Positions 28,835 to 40,342 of a DNA stretch of 64,000 bases are shown here, piece by piece. Location: contig JBDHHR010000001.1 in the NCBI GenBank assembly GCA_039589295.1, positions 127,558 through 191,557 of the forward strand, in the 5' to 3' direction. A model generated the notes under the pieces. That model saw only the letters and a program-made list of their open reading frames with translations. It had not been told where the DNA came from and ran no database searches. Position numbers and translations under genes: made by a program. This DNA comes from Gemmatimonadota bacterium (GTDB lineage: Bacteria > Gemmatimonadota > Gemmatimonadetes > Palauibacterales > Palauibacteraceae). The number at the start of each line of letters is the position of its first letter. The first letter of the stretch is position 1.

Positions 28835-29593
28835 TCAAGCGGTCACCCGCCCGAATCGGCGCTCCCGTCGCTGATAATCCAGGATCGCTTCGAACAGATC
28901 AGCCTTACCGAAATCGGGCCACAGCACCGGCGAAACGTGGATTTCCGCGTAGGCTATCTGCCACAGGAGAAAGTTGGAGACCCGGAGCTCGCCAGACGTC
29001 CGGATGAGAAGATCGGGATCAGGCCGGCCAGCGGTGAACAGCCCTGCGGCGAACGACTCCTCGGTCACTTCGCCCGGCGCCAGCTTCCCCTGCATCGCCA
29101 GATCGACCAGCCTCCGAGCGGCATGAACGATCTCGTCTCGTGCCCCATAACTAATTGCCAGGTTGAGACTCAGCTTGTCACCCGTGCTGGTCGTCGCCTG
29201 CAGGTCTGCGACTGCCTGACGGGCCCCCGCCGAAAGTCGGTCGACGTCGCCGAACACCGTCACTCGGACCGAACGCTCCGCCAGCTCTTCCTTCTCCCTC
29301 TGCACGTATTCGCTCAGGAGCGCCATGAGGGCCGCCACCTCTTCCTCGGGACGCTCCCAGTTCTCCTTGGAGAACGCGAAGAGCGTAAGATGCTCGACTC
29401 CGACCTCGAGGCAGCCCTCGACCACGCGACGGACCGCCTTCATCCCCTCACGATGCCCCATCCAGCGGGGGAAATTCCGTTCCTCGGCCCAGCGGCCGTT
29501 CCCGTCCATGATGACGGCCACGTGGCCGGGAACCCGACCCTCCTCCCGGATTCGTGCCAGCAAACTCCCTTCAGTCGACTGCTCGCGCGTCAT
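28835..29593 (-). CDS. uppS: Isoprenyl transferase (undecaprenyl-diphosphate synthase)
   Basis: HVAVIMDGNGRWA and LTLFAFSKENW motifs. The start was trimmed to an internal Met (MTREQ...). Confidence 0.9.
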   Translation of the reverse strand: MTREQSTEGSLLARIREEGRVPGHVAVIMDGNGRWAEERNFPRWMGHREGMKAVRRVVEGCLEVGVEHLTLFAFSKENWERPEEEVAALMALLSEYVQREKEELAERSVRVTVFGDVDRLSAGARQAVADLQATTSTGDKLSLNLAISYGARDEIVHAARRLVDLAMQGKLAPGEVTEESFAAGLFTAGRPDPDLLIRTSGELRVSNFLLWQIAYAEIHVSPVLWPDFGKADLFEAILDYQRRERRFGRVTA

Positions 29594-31122
29594 TCCAAGT
29601 CCTCCCGGCCGCGCTCGCCATCGGTGATACTGTCTGCCAGCCGTCGTAGCTGAGTCTCCCCCCCCATGAAACTGTAGGCCTCGTAACCGGCCGCCTGCAT
29701 TCGCTCGGCAATCCGGGCACTCTTCAGCCCCTGCGAGCAGTACAGCACGTAGCGGACCTCCCTGTCCAGAGTTCCGAATTCCCGCGCCAGTTCTTCCGAT
29801 TCCCGGTGCACGGCCCCGGGCCAGTGCCACTGACGGTACGCCTTCGGCCCGCGCGTGTCTATGACGACCGCTTGGTCCGGAATGCGCTCAGTGAAGACTG
29901 CGTCACCAGCCACCTCGGCCGCGTCGACAGACCGCAGATCCAGTACCTCACGCGCCGCCACGGCCCCCGTCAGGAGACCCGGATCCAACAGCGCGTCCTC
30001 ACGCCCGACCAGCTCGGGCGCTGCCGCCGTGGCCGGCTTGCCGGAGCCTAGGGAGCAGTACTCGCGGACCCGGGCGCACATAGCGTACGTCCCTATGTCT
30101 CTGGAGCGGGCTATGATCTCCTCCTTGTCCATGCCCACGAGCGGCCGCAGCACTGGCAGATCGATGGCGTCATCGATGGCCCGGAGATTAGTCAGTGTCT
30201 GGGAGGAAACCTGGCCTACGGCTTCACCCGTCACGACGGCATCCGCGTCCACGGTCTCCGCCACCAGACCCCCTGCCCGGTACATCTGACGCTTCAGAAC
30301 GAGCTGGTGCAGCGACGGCCGGGTCGCTTCCCTCAGCTGGCCCACTACGGCCTCGAAATCCACCACGTGTAGACGTGGCTGGGTGCCGTAGCTCCAGCGG
30401 TCGGCCAGGAACTTGGCCACCTCGACAACCAGCCGCTTGTAAGCCTCACCACCGAGGTTGCAGAAGACATAGTCCAGCCCAACTCCGCGCTTCAGCAGCA
30501 TCCACGATGCCACCGCCGAATCGAAGCCCCCCGACAGTAGAGCCACCGCGTTACCTTCCGCGCCGAGCGGCAGCCCGCCGGCCCCCCGCACCCGGTCCGC
30601 GTAGAACAACGCTGTCTCGTCTCGCACTTCCACGTAGACCGAGACTTCGGGATCTTCGAGGTCCACTTCAGCGTCTTCGTTGAGCGCGCCGCCGAGCTCA
30701 ATCATGACATCCCTCGATGTGAAGTCGTGTGTGCCGGTGCGGCGTGAGCGCACGGCGTATCTACGCCCCTTCACACTCTGGGAGTACAGCCTGAAACCCG
30801 TTCTGATGATCTCGGACAGCCTCGCCTCACACGAACCGTCCAGCGTAGAGAACGAGCTGACTCCGAACACGCGCTGTAGCGGAGGTGAGTCGCCGGTGCC
30901 GGATTCAAGATACAGACGACTCCATTCGTCCCGGATCCTGCAGGCACGGCCCTCACTGAGACAGGCGTCGCGGAGATTCCTGGCAAGGATGCGTTGAAAC
31001 CGCGCGCGTGTACGCCGCCCTTTAGTAGAGATCTCGCCGGTCAGGCGAAGCATCACCTGTTTCCGCTGCGAGCTCGGGCCTGCCGGTGGGGTAGGATCAG
31101 CCATCATTTCAGCATACGACAA
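29590..31122 (-). CDS. thiI: tRNA 4-thiouridine(8) synthase ThiI with C-terminal rhodanese domain
   Basis: THUMP domain, PP-loop SGGFDS and a C-terminal rhodanese (CSQGLKS). 510 aa. Confidence 0.9.
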   Translation of the reverse strand: MSYAEMMADPTPPAGPSSQRKQVMLRLTGEISTKGRRTRARFQRILARNLRDACLSEGRACRIRDEWSRLYLESGTGDSPPLQRVFGVSSFSTLDGSCEARLSEIIRTGFRLYSQSVKGRRYAVRSRRTGTHDFTSRDVMIELGGALNEDAEVDLEDPEVSVYVEVRDETALFYADRVRGAGGLPLGAEGNAVALLSGGFDSAVASWMLLKRGVGLDYVFCNLGGEAYKRLVVEVAKFLADRWSYGTQPRLHVVDFEAVVGQLREATRPSLHQLVLKRQMYRAGGLVAETVDADAVVTGEAVGQVSSQTLTNLRAIDDAIDLPVLRPLVGMDKEEIIARSRDIGTYAMCARVREYCSLGSGKPATAAAPELVGREDALLDPGLLTGAVAAREVLDLRSVDAAEVAGDAVFTERIPDQAVVIDTRGPKAYRQWHWPGAVHRESEELAREFGTLDREVRYVLYCSQGLKSARIAERMQAAGYEAYSFMGGETQLRRLADSITDGERGREDLE

Positions 31123-31199
31123 GACCCGCCTCCGCGTCGAACACGGCGCGCGAGGCGGGAATGAAGGACCCCCCTTGTTGTCGTCCCCCGACGGGAGAT

Positions 31200-31337
31200 T
31201 TAGGAGTCGGGTCGATTACTGCGAACGCGGGCCGCGATCAGCGCGGTGATGATTCCAACCACGGGAATCGCACAGATGACTCCGATGAGAATGAAACTGT
31301 TCGAGCCGTCCAGCACTGCTGCTCCCTCCTGCTTCAT
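31200..31337 (-). CDS. Candidate small membrane protein (about 45 aa)
   Basis: MKQEGAAVLDGSNSFILIGVICAIPVVGIITALIAARVRSNRPDS has one TM helix. Codon usage is GC-poorer than the genome (ATT, AAT, AGT, GGA). Weak call. Confidence 0.2.
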   Translation of the reverse strand: MKQEGAAVLDGSNSFILIGVICAIPVVGIITALIAARVRSNRPDS

Positions 31338-31679
31338 GGCCGACCGCGGCCTACTGCAGGCGCCCCATCGACCGGTGGCAGATATGCGGCGACCTCTTGC
31401 ACCGGCTGCCGGAGAAGCTAGTCCGATTGCAGGCCGCACGGCAAGGAAGCGCCCCTCGTCGAAGAGCTGTCCGGTTCCGCTACACAGGATCCCACCACCG
31501 GACGATAGCCGACCTATAAAACACTGACGGTGATCACACCTAACCGTATATTTTATAGTTCGTTACGGTATACCGAGTGCGATGGCACGACCGTTGCTCT
31601 TCTCTCGGGCAGGATCGTATTGCGCGCCGGTGTTCGGCGCGGCTGGGCTGGGGGATGACGCTAGCAACGGGACCGAACC

Positions 31680-32156
31680 ATGTTTTATGGTGTGGAGCGG
31701 AAAGGGTTCGATGGGCTGAAGGCCGTGCTCTCGGTCGCGGCGATCGCTGCCGGGCTGCTGCTGTCCAACATGGCCCGACCGGACTTCGTGGCCACCGGCG
31801 ATGGATCGACCGACATAGTCGGACTGTGGAGGTGGGTGGTCGAGTCACCCGGCGAGAATGAAGGTGCGGCGGACGTACAGCTGTTCGAGATACAACGGGA
31901 CTTCGACGGCCGGCTGACCGCCAGAATGCTGAGCCGCGATCGCGCGAACCGTCACGCCGACACGCGGGTCTCCTACGACGAGGGACAGGTGTGCGTTGTG
32001 GCCGGGGACGGCACGTCTTTCAAGGGGCAGGTCAGTGACGACGGCTCCAGGATCGAGGGCGTCATTCGCTACCAGGGGAGCCATTCGGCCGCCCAGCTGC
32101 GAAGAGTCGACCGCAGGAAGCTCCGCGCCGCTGAGCGTAGAACGTACGCCACGTGA
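31680..32156 (+). CDS. Hypothetical secreted protein
   Basis: 158 aa with a signal-peptide-like N-terminus (LKAVLSVAAIAAGLLLSNMA) and a GC3-rich ORF. Followed by a hairpin. No family recognised. Confidence 0.4.
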   Translation: MFYGVERKGFDGLKAVLSVAAIAAGLLLSNMARPDFVATGDGSTDIVGLWRWVVESPGENEGAADVQLFEIQRDFDGRLTARMLSRDRANRHADTRVSYDEGQVCVVAGDGTSFKGQVSDDGSRIEGVIRYQGSHSAAQLRRVDRRKLRAAERRTYAT

Positions 32157-32157
32157 C

Positions 32158-32180
32158 GCGCGGGCGGACCAACCGCCCGC
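32158..32180 (+). terminator. Stem-loop in convergent intergenic gap (probable terminator)
   Basis: GCGGGCGG-ACCAA-CCGCCCGC is a perfect 8-bp stem immediately after the stop of the 31680..32156 gene, followed by a T-rich stretch. Confidence 0.4.
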
Positions 32181-32189
32181 CAGGCCTTT

Positions 32190-32852
32190 CTATCCTGTTT
32201 GCGAGGCCGGGCCTGCAACCCGGCCTCTTCGTGGTCTTTTCCGGATGGGACCCCTGAGCATCAGCAGGACCGCCAGGACCACGATGAACAGCAACGGCTC
32301 TCGCGTATCGGCCTTCACCTTCCACAGGTAGTGCAGCGACCCGAGGCCGGCCGCGACGTAAAGGAAACGGTGCAGCTTCCGCCAGCGTCTTCCCAGCTTG
32401 CGGATCCAGCCGCGCGTGGAGGTGACGGCCAGCGCGAGCAGTATCAACCAGGCGACGAAGCCGACGGTGATGAATGGACGTTCGATCACATCCTCCACGA
32501 TGTACTCGAAGGCGAAGAACTGATCGAGCACCACGTAAGTCAGGAAATGGAGCGTGGCATAGAAGAAGGCGAAGAGGCCCACAAGCCGGCGAAACCGGAT
32601 GACCCTATTGATACCCGTGATGCGTCGTACAGGCGTCACCGCCAGCGTGAGCGTGAGCAGAAAAAGCGCCCACCAACCCGTGGCTAGAGCCAGCTCTTCG
32701 ATCGGGTTCGCACCCAGGTCCCGCCGGGCCGCGCGCCACGCCAGCCACGCGGCGGGTGTCAGGGCGGCAATCCACACTCCGGCCTTGGCCGCTGCAATCC
32801 GGCGACCCGAAGCCGGCGAAGCGCGGCGGCCGTCCTCCCCGGAGCGCGACAT
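32190..32852 (-). CDS. msrQ: Protein-methionine-sulfoxide reductase heme-binding subunit
   Basis: Six-TM ferric-reductase-like protein with conserved His (HFLTYVV, SLHYLWKV). Immediately downstream of msrP. Confidence 0.8.
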   Translation of the reverse strand: MSRSGEDGRRASPASGRRIAAAKAGVWIAALTPAAWLAWRAARRDLGANPIEELALATGWWALFLLTLTLAVTPVRRITGINRVIRFRRLVGLFAFFYATLHFLTYVVLDQFFAFEYIVEDVIERPFITVGFVAWLILLALAVTSTRGWIRKLGRRWRKLHRFLYVAAGLGSLHYLWKVKADTREPLLFIVVLAVLLMLRGPIRKRPRRGRVAGPASQTG

Positions 32853-33856
32853 CAGAACCAGCGGCCCAGGTCCATCCCCGCGTACAGGTGTCCCACCTGT
32901 TCCTCGTATCCGTTGAACATCAGAGTCCTCCGCCTGCGGAATTCCCCCAGACGGCGCTCACGAGCCTGGCTCCAGCGGGGATGGTCCACCTCCGGGTTCA
33001 CGTTGGCGAAGAACCCGTACTCGCGCGGCGCCGATGCGGCCCAGGTGGTCACGGGCATCTCTTCCACGAGCCGGATCCGAACGATCGACTTGATGCTCTT
33101 GAAGCCGTACTTCCAAGGCACCACAAGCCTTATCGGCGCACCGTTCTGTGTCGGTAGATCCCGTCCGTAGACTCTGGTCGCGAGCAGGGCCAGCGGGTGT
33201 AGCGCCTCGTCGAGCCGCAGACCCTCCACATAGGGCCAATCGAGGATCCGCCGACGCTGTCCCGGCATCTGCTCCGGATCGTAGAGCGTGGTGAACTCGA
33301 CATACTTCGCCCGGCTCGTCGGCTGGACGCGTCGGATCAGATCGGCCAGTTGGAGACCGCTCCAGGGAACCACCATCGACCAGGCCTCCACGCACCGCAG
33401 GCGGTATACCCGATCGACCAGCTTGTGCGGTGCGACGAAGTCCTCGATGTCGTAGACGGCGGGCTTCGCCACACGACCTTCTACGGCTATGGACCAGGGT
33501 CGCGTTCGGAGGGTGTGGGCTTTCCGCGCCGGATCATCCTTACCCGTCCCGAACTCGTAGAAGTTGTTGTAGCCGGTTACATCTCCGAACGGGGTGAGGG
33601 TCTCTCCCAGCTCCGACCGAACCCCTATCCAGTCGCGTTCCTGCGGTCCGCTTCCCTCCCCCGACGGGTCCGGCGATCGCATGCCGCGCTCCGTCTCCTC
33701 GCCCGGAAGCATGTCGCAGGAGGCTAGAAGAGCCGGCGTGACAGCCGCCGCCACAGCCAGTTTTGCCGTGCGGCCGATGAAGTGTCGTCGGTTCAGATAC
33801 ACCCTGTACGGAGTGATCTCGGAGGAACGTATGTCGCAGGGCCGTCGAATCAGCAT
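32852..33856 (-). CDS. msrP: Protein-methionine-sulfoxide reductase catalytic subunit (molybdopterin)
   Basis: Tat-type motif [17 protein letters not shown] and a YedY-like core ([23 protein letters not shown]...WSIAVEG). Confidence 0.85.
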   Translation of the reverse strand: MLIRRPCDIRSSEITPYRVYLNRRHFIGRTAKLAVAAAVTPALLASCDMLPGEETERGMRSPDPSGEGSGPQERDWIGVRSELGETLTPFGDVTGYNNFYEFGTGKDDPARKAHTLRTRPWSIAVEGRVAKPAVYDIEDFVAPHKLVDRVYRLRCVEAWSMVVPWSGLQLADLIRRVQPTSRAKYVEFTTLYDPEQMPGQRRRILDWPYVEGLRLDEALHPLALLATRVYGRDLPTQNGAPIRLVVPWKYGFKSIKSIVRIRLVEEMPVTTWAASAPREYGFFANVNPEVDHPRWSQARERRLGEFRRRRTLMFNGYEEQVGHLYAGMDLGRWF

Positions 33857-34072
33857 TGCCTTTCCCGGTCAGCTGTACCCTGAAGGTTTTCGCTACTCTA
33901 AACGCCGCTGACCACGGAAAGATCCACGGCTCCTGTGGGCCGGCGGGTGAGTCTGATGGGCCGGCGCTCGAAGAGGAAGAAACAGTCGTGGAGCGAAGGG
34001 AAGATCCTACCGACAGTCTCTGAGCTTGCGTCGGCACGGGGCGGCAGTGACAGGACCTTGGGCTTACCTGGA

Positions 34073-34147
34073 TGGCAGGGGCGGGATTTGAACCCGCGAC
34101 CTAGGGCTTATGAGTCCCCCGCTCTGACCAGACTGAGCTACCCTGCC
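34073..34147 (-). tRNA. tRNA with CAT anticodon (Met or Ile2/lysidine)
   Basis: Minus-strand sequence GGCAGGGTAGCTCAGTCTGGTCAGAGCGGGGGACTCATAAGCCCTAGGTCGCGGGTTCAAATCCCGCCCCTGCCA folds as a cloverleaf with a CTCATAA anticodon loop and a GGTTCAAAT T-loop. No CCA is encoded. Confidence 0.8.
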
Positions 34148-34207
34148 CTGGGACGAAAAAATCGGCCGGAGCGCTTTCTCCGGCCAGACGCGCTTTCCGA
34201 CCGCCAA

Positions 34208-34284
<77 letters not shown>

Positions 34285-34313
34285 TCGCGTTCGCCAACGT
34301 ACCGATACCCACT

Positions 34314-36099
<1,786 letters not shown>

Positions 36100-36125
36100 T
36101 TATACTCGAAATCAGGACGGAGATC

Positions 36126-36972
36126 ATGCTGCAAAAGCTCATGCAACAGGCCGGCGTGTTCGGCCTCGGACTTGTCGCCCTGGTCGTGGTCCTGCTGCTG
36201 TTCTTCGGATTCAACAGGGTGGATGAGTTCGAGGTCGGGGTGCGCCGCAACCCGGTCACGGGTTCCGTGAGCCCCAGTCCCTACCGCCAGGGCCTGTACC
36301 ACTCGATCCTTCGCTCGTGGACGAACTAATTCGACGCGGGAGATTCAGTATCCGCGGGAAGGCGGGTCGGAGAGGCTTTCCGCTCTCACCTCAGACCAGC
36401 TGCAGATCGGCGTGGACGCGGCCTTCCGATATCGCATCAACCCCGACTCGGTGGTCGGGCTGTATCTGACAATCGGGGCTTCGAATCAGATTCATGCCTT
36501 CGTCTACAACACCTATCGTTCGAGCGTGCGGGACGCCATCGCTGAGGTGGCGGCGGCCAACATTCTTTCCAGCGACCGCGCCACCATCGGCGATCGGATC
36601 GAAATCCTCATGTCCGAGCAGCTCAACCCGCGCGGGATTGTGGTGACGGACTTCTTCGTCCGCGAGATCCAGCCCCCGGAGACGATTCGGCTGGCCATCG
36701 AGGAGAAGCTGGCGCGCGAGCAGCAGGTGCAGGCGGAGGGCTTCCAGACCCAGGTTGTGGCGGAGCAGGCGAACCAGAAACGAGCCGAGGCGGAAGGGAT
36801 CCGGGATGCCCAGGACGTCATCGCGGCCAGTCTCACGGGAACCGAGGGTCAGCGGTATCTGTACTGGCGGTATCTGGAGGTGTTGAGCGAAGTCGCCGGC
36901 GGTACGAACAACCTGGTCATCGCGCCAACCGAGGGCGGTGTACCCGTATTTTTCACCCCCGATCGGCAGTAG
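36126..36972 (+). pseudogene. SPFH/band-7 (prohibitin/HflC-like) gene interrupted by a +1 frameshift
   Basis: Frame 0 (ATG 36126, SD GGAG) encodes an N-terminal TM plus the start of a band-7 domain and stops at 36327. Frame +1 continues from about 36330 with ...LTSDQLQIGVDAAFRYRINPD and the rest of the band-7 domain to 36972. The two track ORFs (36054..36329 and 36412..36972) are halves of one gene. Confidence 0.5.
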
Positions 36973-37678
36973 CGCCTCCGGGCGTCGCGAGCATCTCGCG
37001 GATGGTGCCGCGCACCGCCGATAGCACTTCGTCCCGGTCCGCGGCCGTCCTTCCTTCGGTGGGGAGGGCGGCCGCCACTCTCAGGTTCATGTTGCCGCGG
37101 CGAACGCACCCTCCCGAAATGACCCTATACCCGCCCTCGACAGCCACCGGAACGATGGGTACCTGCGTCTCTATAGCGAGAACGAACGTTCCCTTCTTGA
37201 ACTCCCTCAGCTGACCGTCGCGGGAGCGGGTGCCCTCTGGAAACAGTCCAAGCGAGAGATTCTCCCGCTCCATGCGCTCGCCGGCCTTCCGCATGGCCCG
37301 GGATGCGCCTCGGCGGTCCTGGCGGTCGATTAACACGTGACCGGCCGCTCGCATGGCCTGCGCCAGCACAGGGATCCGTCCCAGCTCCTTCTTGGCCACG
37401 AAGCGAATGGAAACCGGCAGGCAGGCCAGCATGGCGAAGATGTCGAAGAACGACTGGTGATTCGAGACGAATATCTGTGGGCCGTCGCGGCGCACGTTGT
37501 CCCGACCGTAGACTGCCACCCGCACGCCGGCTGCCCAAAGCAGGGATCGGGACCAGTTGCGGTGCACCCAGTCGTGCAGTCCCGCCGGCGCGTGCACCAG
37601 GCCGCCCACGATGGAGACCAGCGAGAAGAACGTCGTCGACGGCACGGTGACGACCCAGAAGAAAGAGCTGCGCAGCAT
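36953..37678 (-). CDS. plsC: 1-acyl-sn-glycerol-3-phosphate acyltransferase
   Basis: HxxxxD motif (NHQSFFD) and FPEGTRS. The start was trimmed to the Met just after the thiL stop. Confidence 0.8.
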   Translation of the reverse strand: MLRSSFFWVVTVPSTTFFSLVSIVGGLVHAPAGLHDWVHRNWSRSLLWAAGVRVAVYGRDNVRRDGPQIFVSNHQSFFDIFAMLACLPVSIRFVAKKELGRIPVLAQAMRAAGHVLIDRQDRRGASRAMRKAGERMERENLSLGLFPEGTRSRDGQLREFKKGTFVLAIETQVPIVPVAVEGGYRVISGGCVRRGNMNLRVAAALPTEGRTAADRDEVLSAVRGTIREMLATPGGATADRG

Positions 37679-37680
37679 CC

Positions 37681-38685
37681 TCACGTGCCACCGGCGAAAT
37701 GGTCGAAGCCCCTGGCCGGGGCCTGCCGCTCCGTTCCGTCGCTCGCCAGCCACACCACCCGGCGTCCCTTGGTCACGCTGCCGATGCGGGTCAGACGAAC
37801 ATCGAACTCACGCTCGAAAGCAGCGGCCTGTGGCGCCACCGTTCCCGGCCGAGCGGCCATGAGGAGCTCATAGTCTTCGCCGCCCGCCGCCGCCAGGCCT
37901 ATCGCCGCCTCGACATCCGAGTACCCCTCGAGCACCTCATGAAGCGGCACGGCTACGGCTTCCAGCTCCAGGCCGACTCCGGACGCGGCGGCAACATGCT
38001 GCGCGTCAGCCGCCAGTCCGTCCGACAGGTCGATCAGAGAACCGAGTTCCGCTCTTTCGGACAGCCATAGGGCCTCGGCGATCCGGGGCACCGGCCTCTC
38101 GAAGGCTCTGCGCGCCCGGGGGTCCGGCTCGAGCCCGGAATCCCACGCGGTGACTGCCGCCCGCGGCCCCCCCAGAGCCCCGGTGACCCACAGTTCGTCC
38201 CCGATCAGCGCCCGGCCACGGCCCACCGGCGTCACGGCCGCCCCTACCGCCACGACGTCGATCACCGCGGGCCCCGGCGAGCGAGATACGTCGCCGCCCA
38301 GCAGGCCGGCTCCGACGCCTCGCAGGCACTCTCCTACCCCGAGGGCGAGTTCCTGACAGACCCTGTCGTCGATCTCCGGGGCCACCGCAAGCGAAAAGAG
38401 AACCCCTAGAGGCCGGGCGGCCATGGCCGCCAGGTCGCTGAGGGCGGCGGCGGTGGCCCGGTAACCGATGGACTCCCAGGTCAGCCAGGCGCGCCGGAAG
38501 TGAACTTCCTCTATGGAGAGATCCGAGCTCAGAACCAGCGACTCGCCGCGTGCCGGACACACCAGCGCTCCGTCGTCCCCGGGCGCCAGGGGCGCCGTTC
38601 CGGGCGGCATTGGCGCATCGACCGCACGCACGAAGGCCTCGATGCGCTCGAACTCGGCCCCGCTGCGCATCCGGATCAGCCTCAC
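37681..38685 (-). CDS. thiL: Thiamine-monophosphate kinase
   Basis: AIR-synthase-related fold: MPPGTAPLAPGDDGALV...VLSSDLSIEEVHF... Confidence 0.8.
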   Translation of the reverse strand: MRLIRMRSGAEFERIEAFVRAVDAPMPPGTAPLAPGDDGALVCPARGESLVLSSDLSIEEVHFRRAWLTWESIGYRATAAALSDLAAMAARPLGVLFSLAVAPEIDDRVCQELALGVGECLRGVGAGLLGGDVSRSPGPAVIDVVAVGAAVTPVGRGRALIGDELWVTGALGGPRAAVTAWDSGLEPDPRARRAFERPVPRIAEALWLSERAELGSLIDLSDGLAADAQHVAAASGVGLELEAVAVPLHEVLEGYSDVEAAIGLAAAGGEDYELLMAARPGTVAPQAAAFEREFDVRLTRIGSVTKGRRVVWLASDGTERQAPARGFDHFAGGT

Positions 38686-38713
38686 GTCACCTCCTCGGCG
38701 TCGCGCTCCGTCT

Positions 38714-40342
38714 TCAGAGTTCCGTCTTCAGCCACAGCGCCCCGGCCGGCGTGGCCAGCCAGGCACTCCGCCTGCCAAGCGGCAGGATCCCCACCACCCC
38801 CCGTGCGCCGAAGCGATCCAGAGGAAGGTCGCCAGCCGCGAAGGAGTACCGCCGAACCGCGCTCTCCACCATGTCCCAGACGACCAGTCCCTCCGGACTT
38901 CCTACCCACATCACGCCCTCCCGGACCGCCAGCGCGGTGACCGGGCCACCGACGGGACCCACCGCATCTACGCGTCGCCACCTCTCTCCAGGTGCACCAC
39001 GCCACACCTCCCGGCCCAGCCCCGCGAACACGGTGTCTCCCAAGGCGACCAACGCCCCGACCGGGCGGCGGAGAGCCTCTGGGCCCGCGACGTCCGACAG
39101 ATCCAGCGCCTGGCCATCGTCTCCGACGAGCAGGCTGTAGAGGCCATTCCCTGTGCCAATCCACAGGCGGTCGGGGGCTGCAAGCAGAGAGAGGATCCGT
39201 CTGGAGGCCAGCAGGGTCGACGTCAGCGTGACATCTGTGCCCGTCAGGCGCAGCAGCCCGCGGGCCGTACCAGCCCATACGCCACTTCCGTCTCCTTCCG
39301 CGCCGGCGTCAGAGGCCAGCGACAGAACGGGGAGCACCGCACCCGGCAACGTCCGGGCGGGCTGCCACTCCCCGCTCTCGATCCGGTAGCGATACAGTCC
39401 ACCTTCCCCGCCGGCCCAGACGAACGAGCCGCCTACCAACAGGGCTCGCAGACCTGCTCCCGGCACGGTGCGTGAAGAATCGGCGTCCCAAACCTCCCAG
39501 CGCTGCAGCTCCCGGTCTACGCGCGCGACTCCGAAGCGGCCGGCCAAGGCACCGCGTGGGGCGAACCACAGGCCGTCCTGCCCCGCTGCGACCGCAGCGG
39601 CACCATCGCCGAGGATCCCGTAGGACAGGGGTTCCCAGTCCCGAGCCGGCAGGTCGTAGAGAATGAGAAAGCCGGAGTCCGTGCCCACCCAGTAGTGCAT
39701 CGGACGGCTGGCGGGCATCACATCCGTGATACGAAGAGCGCGGTGTCCGAATCTTCTGGCGAGAAGCGGCACGATGTCTCGGAATGCCGGCTCCTCGATA
39801 ATCTCCCGCCGTCTCCGGAGGTCCGGATTCCTGTCCACCGCCGCCGCCACCTGTCTCTCGTCCGCGCGGCTGACCGCGCGGCTGAACGTGTCGACCCTCC
39901 ACCATGTTCCGCGCATCTGAGCGAACAGTTCGCCTGACGACCCTACCGCGGGCAGTAGTGATGTGACCCTCGCGGCAACCGAGAACCGGTCCACGAACCG
40001 TCGCGAGAAGATGTCCACCTGGACGAGCGATCGCTCCGCGGCGAGCCACAGTGTCCCGTCCCGGGGATCCCGGGTCATCGCGGTGACCGGTGACTCCGGG
40101 TAGCCGTCCTCCAGGGTGAGTGGCAACTCGAAGCGCTCGAACGCGTCATCGTAGATAATCAAGCCGCCGCGCGTGGCGGCGAATAGGCGGTTGGGACCGC
40201 GAGCCAGGGCGGTTACCTCGCTGACATCGGAAATGAGAACTCGATCGTCGGCCCGCCACCGCTCGGAAGGAAGCTGGGCCGTGGCTGGCGCGGGCAGCGC
40301 CGGAAGCACGCCCAACAGTCCGATGAGACGGAACAGCGTCAA
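38714..40342 (-). CDS. Secreted beta-propeller-like hypothetical protein
   Basis: Signal peptide MTLFRLIGLLGVLPALPAPATAQ, then repeated W/G-rich about 40-aa units (LWLAAERSL, HYWVGTDSGFLILYD, LWFAPRGAL, VWAGGEGGLYRY, VWAGTARGLLRL, LWIGTGNGLYSL, MWVGSPEGLVVW). This resembles two-component-regulator propeller repeats. Confidence 0.55.
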   Translation of the reverse strand: MTLFRLIGLLGVLPALPAPATAQLPSERWRADDRVLISDVSEVTALARGPNRLFAATRGGLIIYDDAFERFELPLTLEDGYPESPVTAMTRDPRDGTLWLAAERSLVQVDIFSRRFVDRFSVAARVTSLLPAVGSSGELFAQMRGTWWRVDTFSRAVSRADERQVAAAVDRNPDLRRRREIIEEPAFRDIVPLLARRFGHRALRITDVMPASRPMHYWVGTDSGFLILYDLPARDWEPLSYGILGDGAAAVAAGQDGLWFAPRGALAGRFGVARVDRELQRWEVWDADSSRTVPGAGLRALLVGGSFVWAGGEGGLYRYRIESGEWQPARTLPGAVLPVLSLASDAGAEGDGSGVWAGTARGLLRLTGTDVTLTSTLLASRRILSLLAAPDRLWIGTGNGLYSLLVGDDGQALDLSDVAGPEALRRPVGALVALGDTVFAGLGREVWRGAPGERWRRVDAVGPVGGPVTALAVREGVMWVGSPEGLVVWDMVESAVRRYSFAAGDLPLDRFGARGVVGILPLGRRSAWLATPAGALWLKTEL

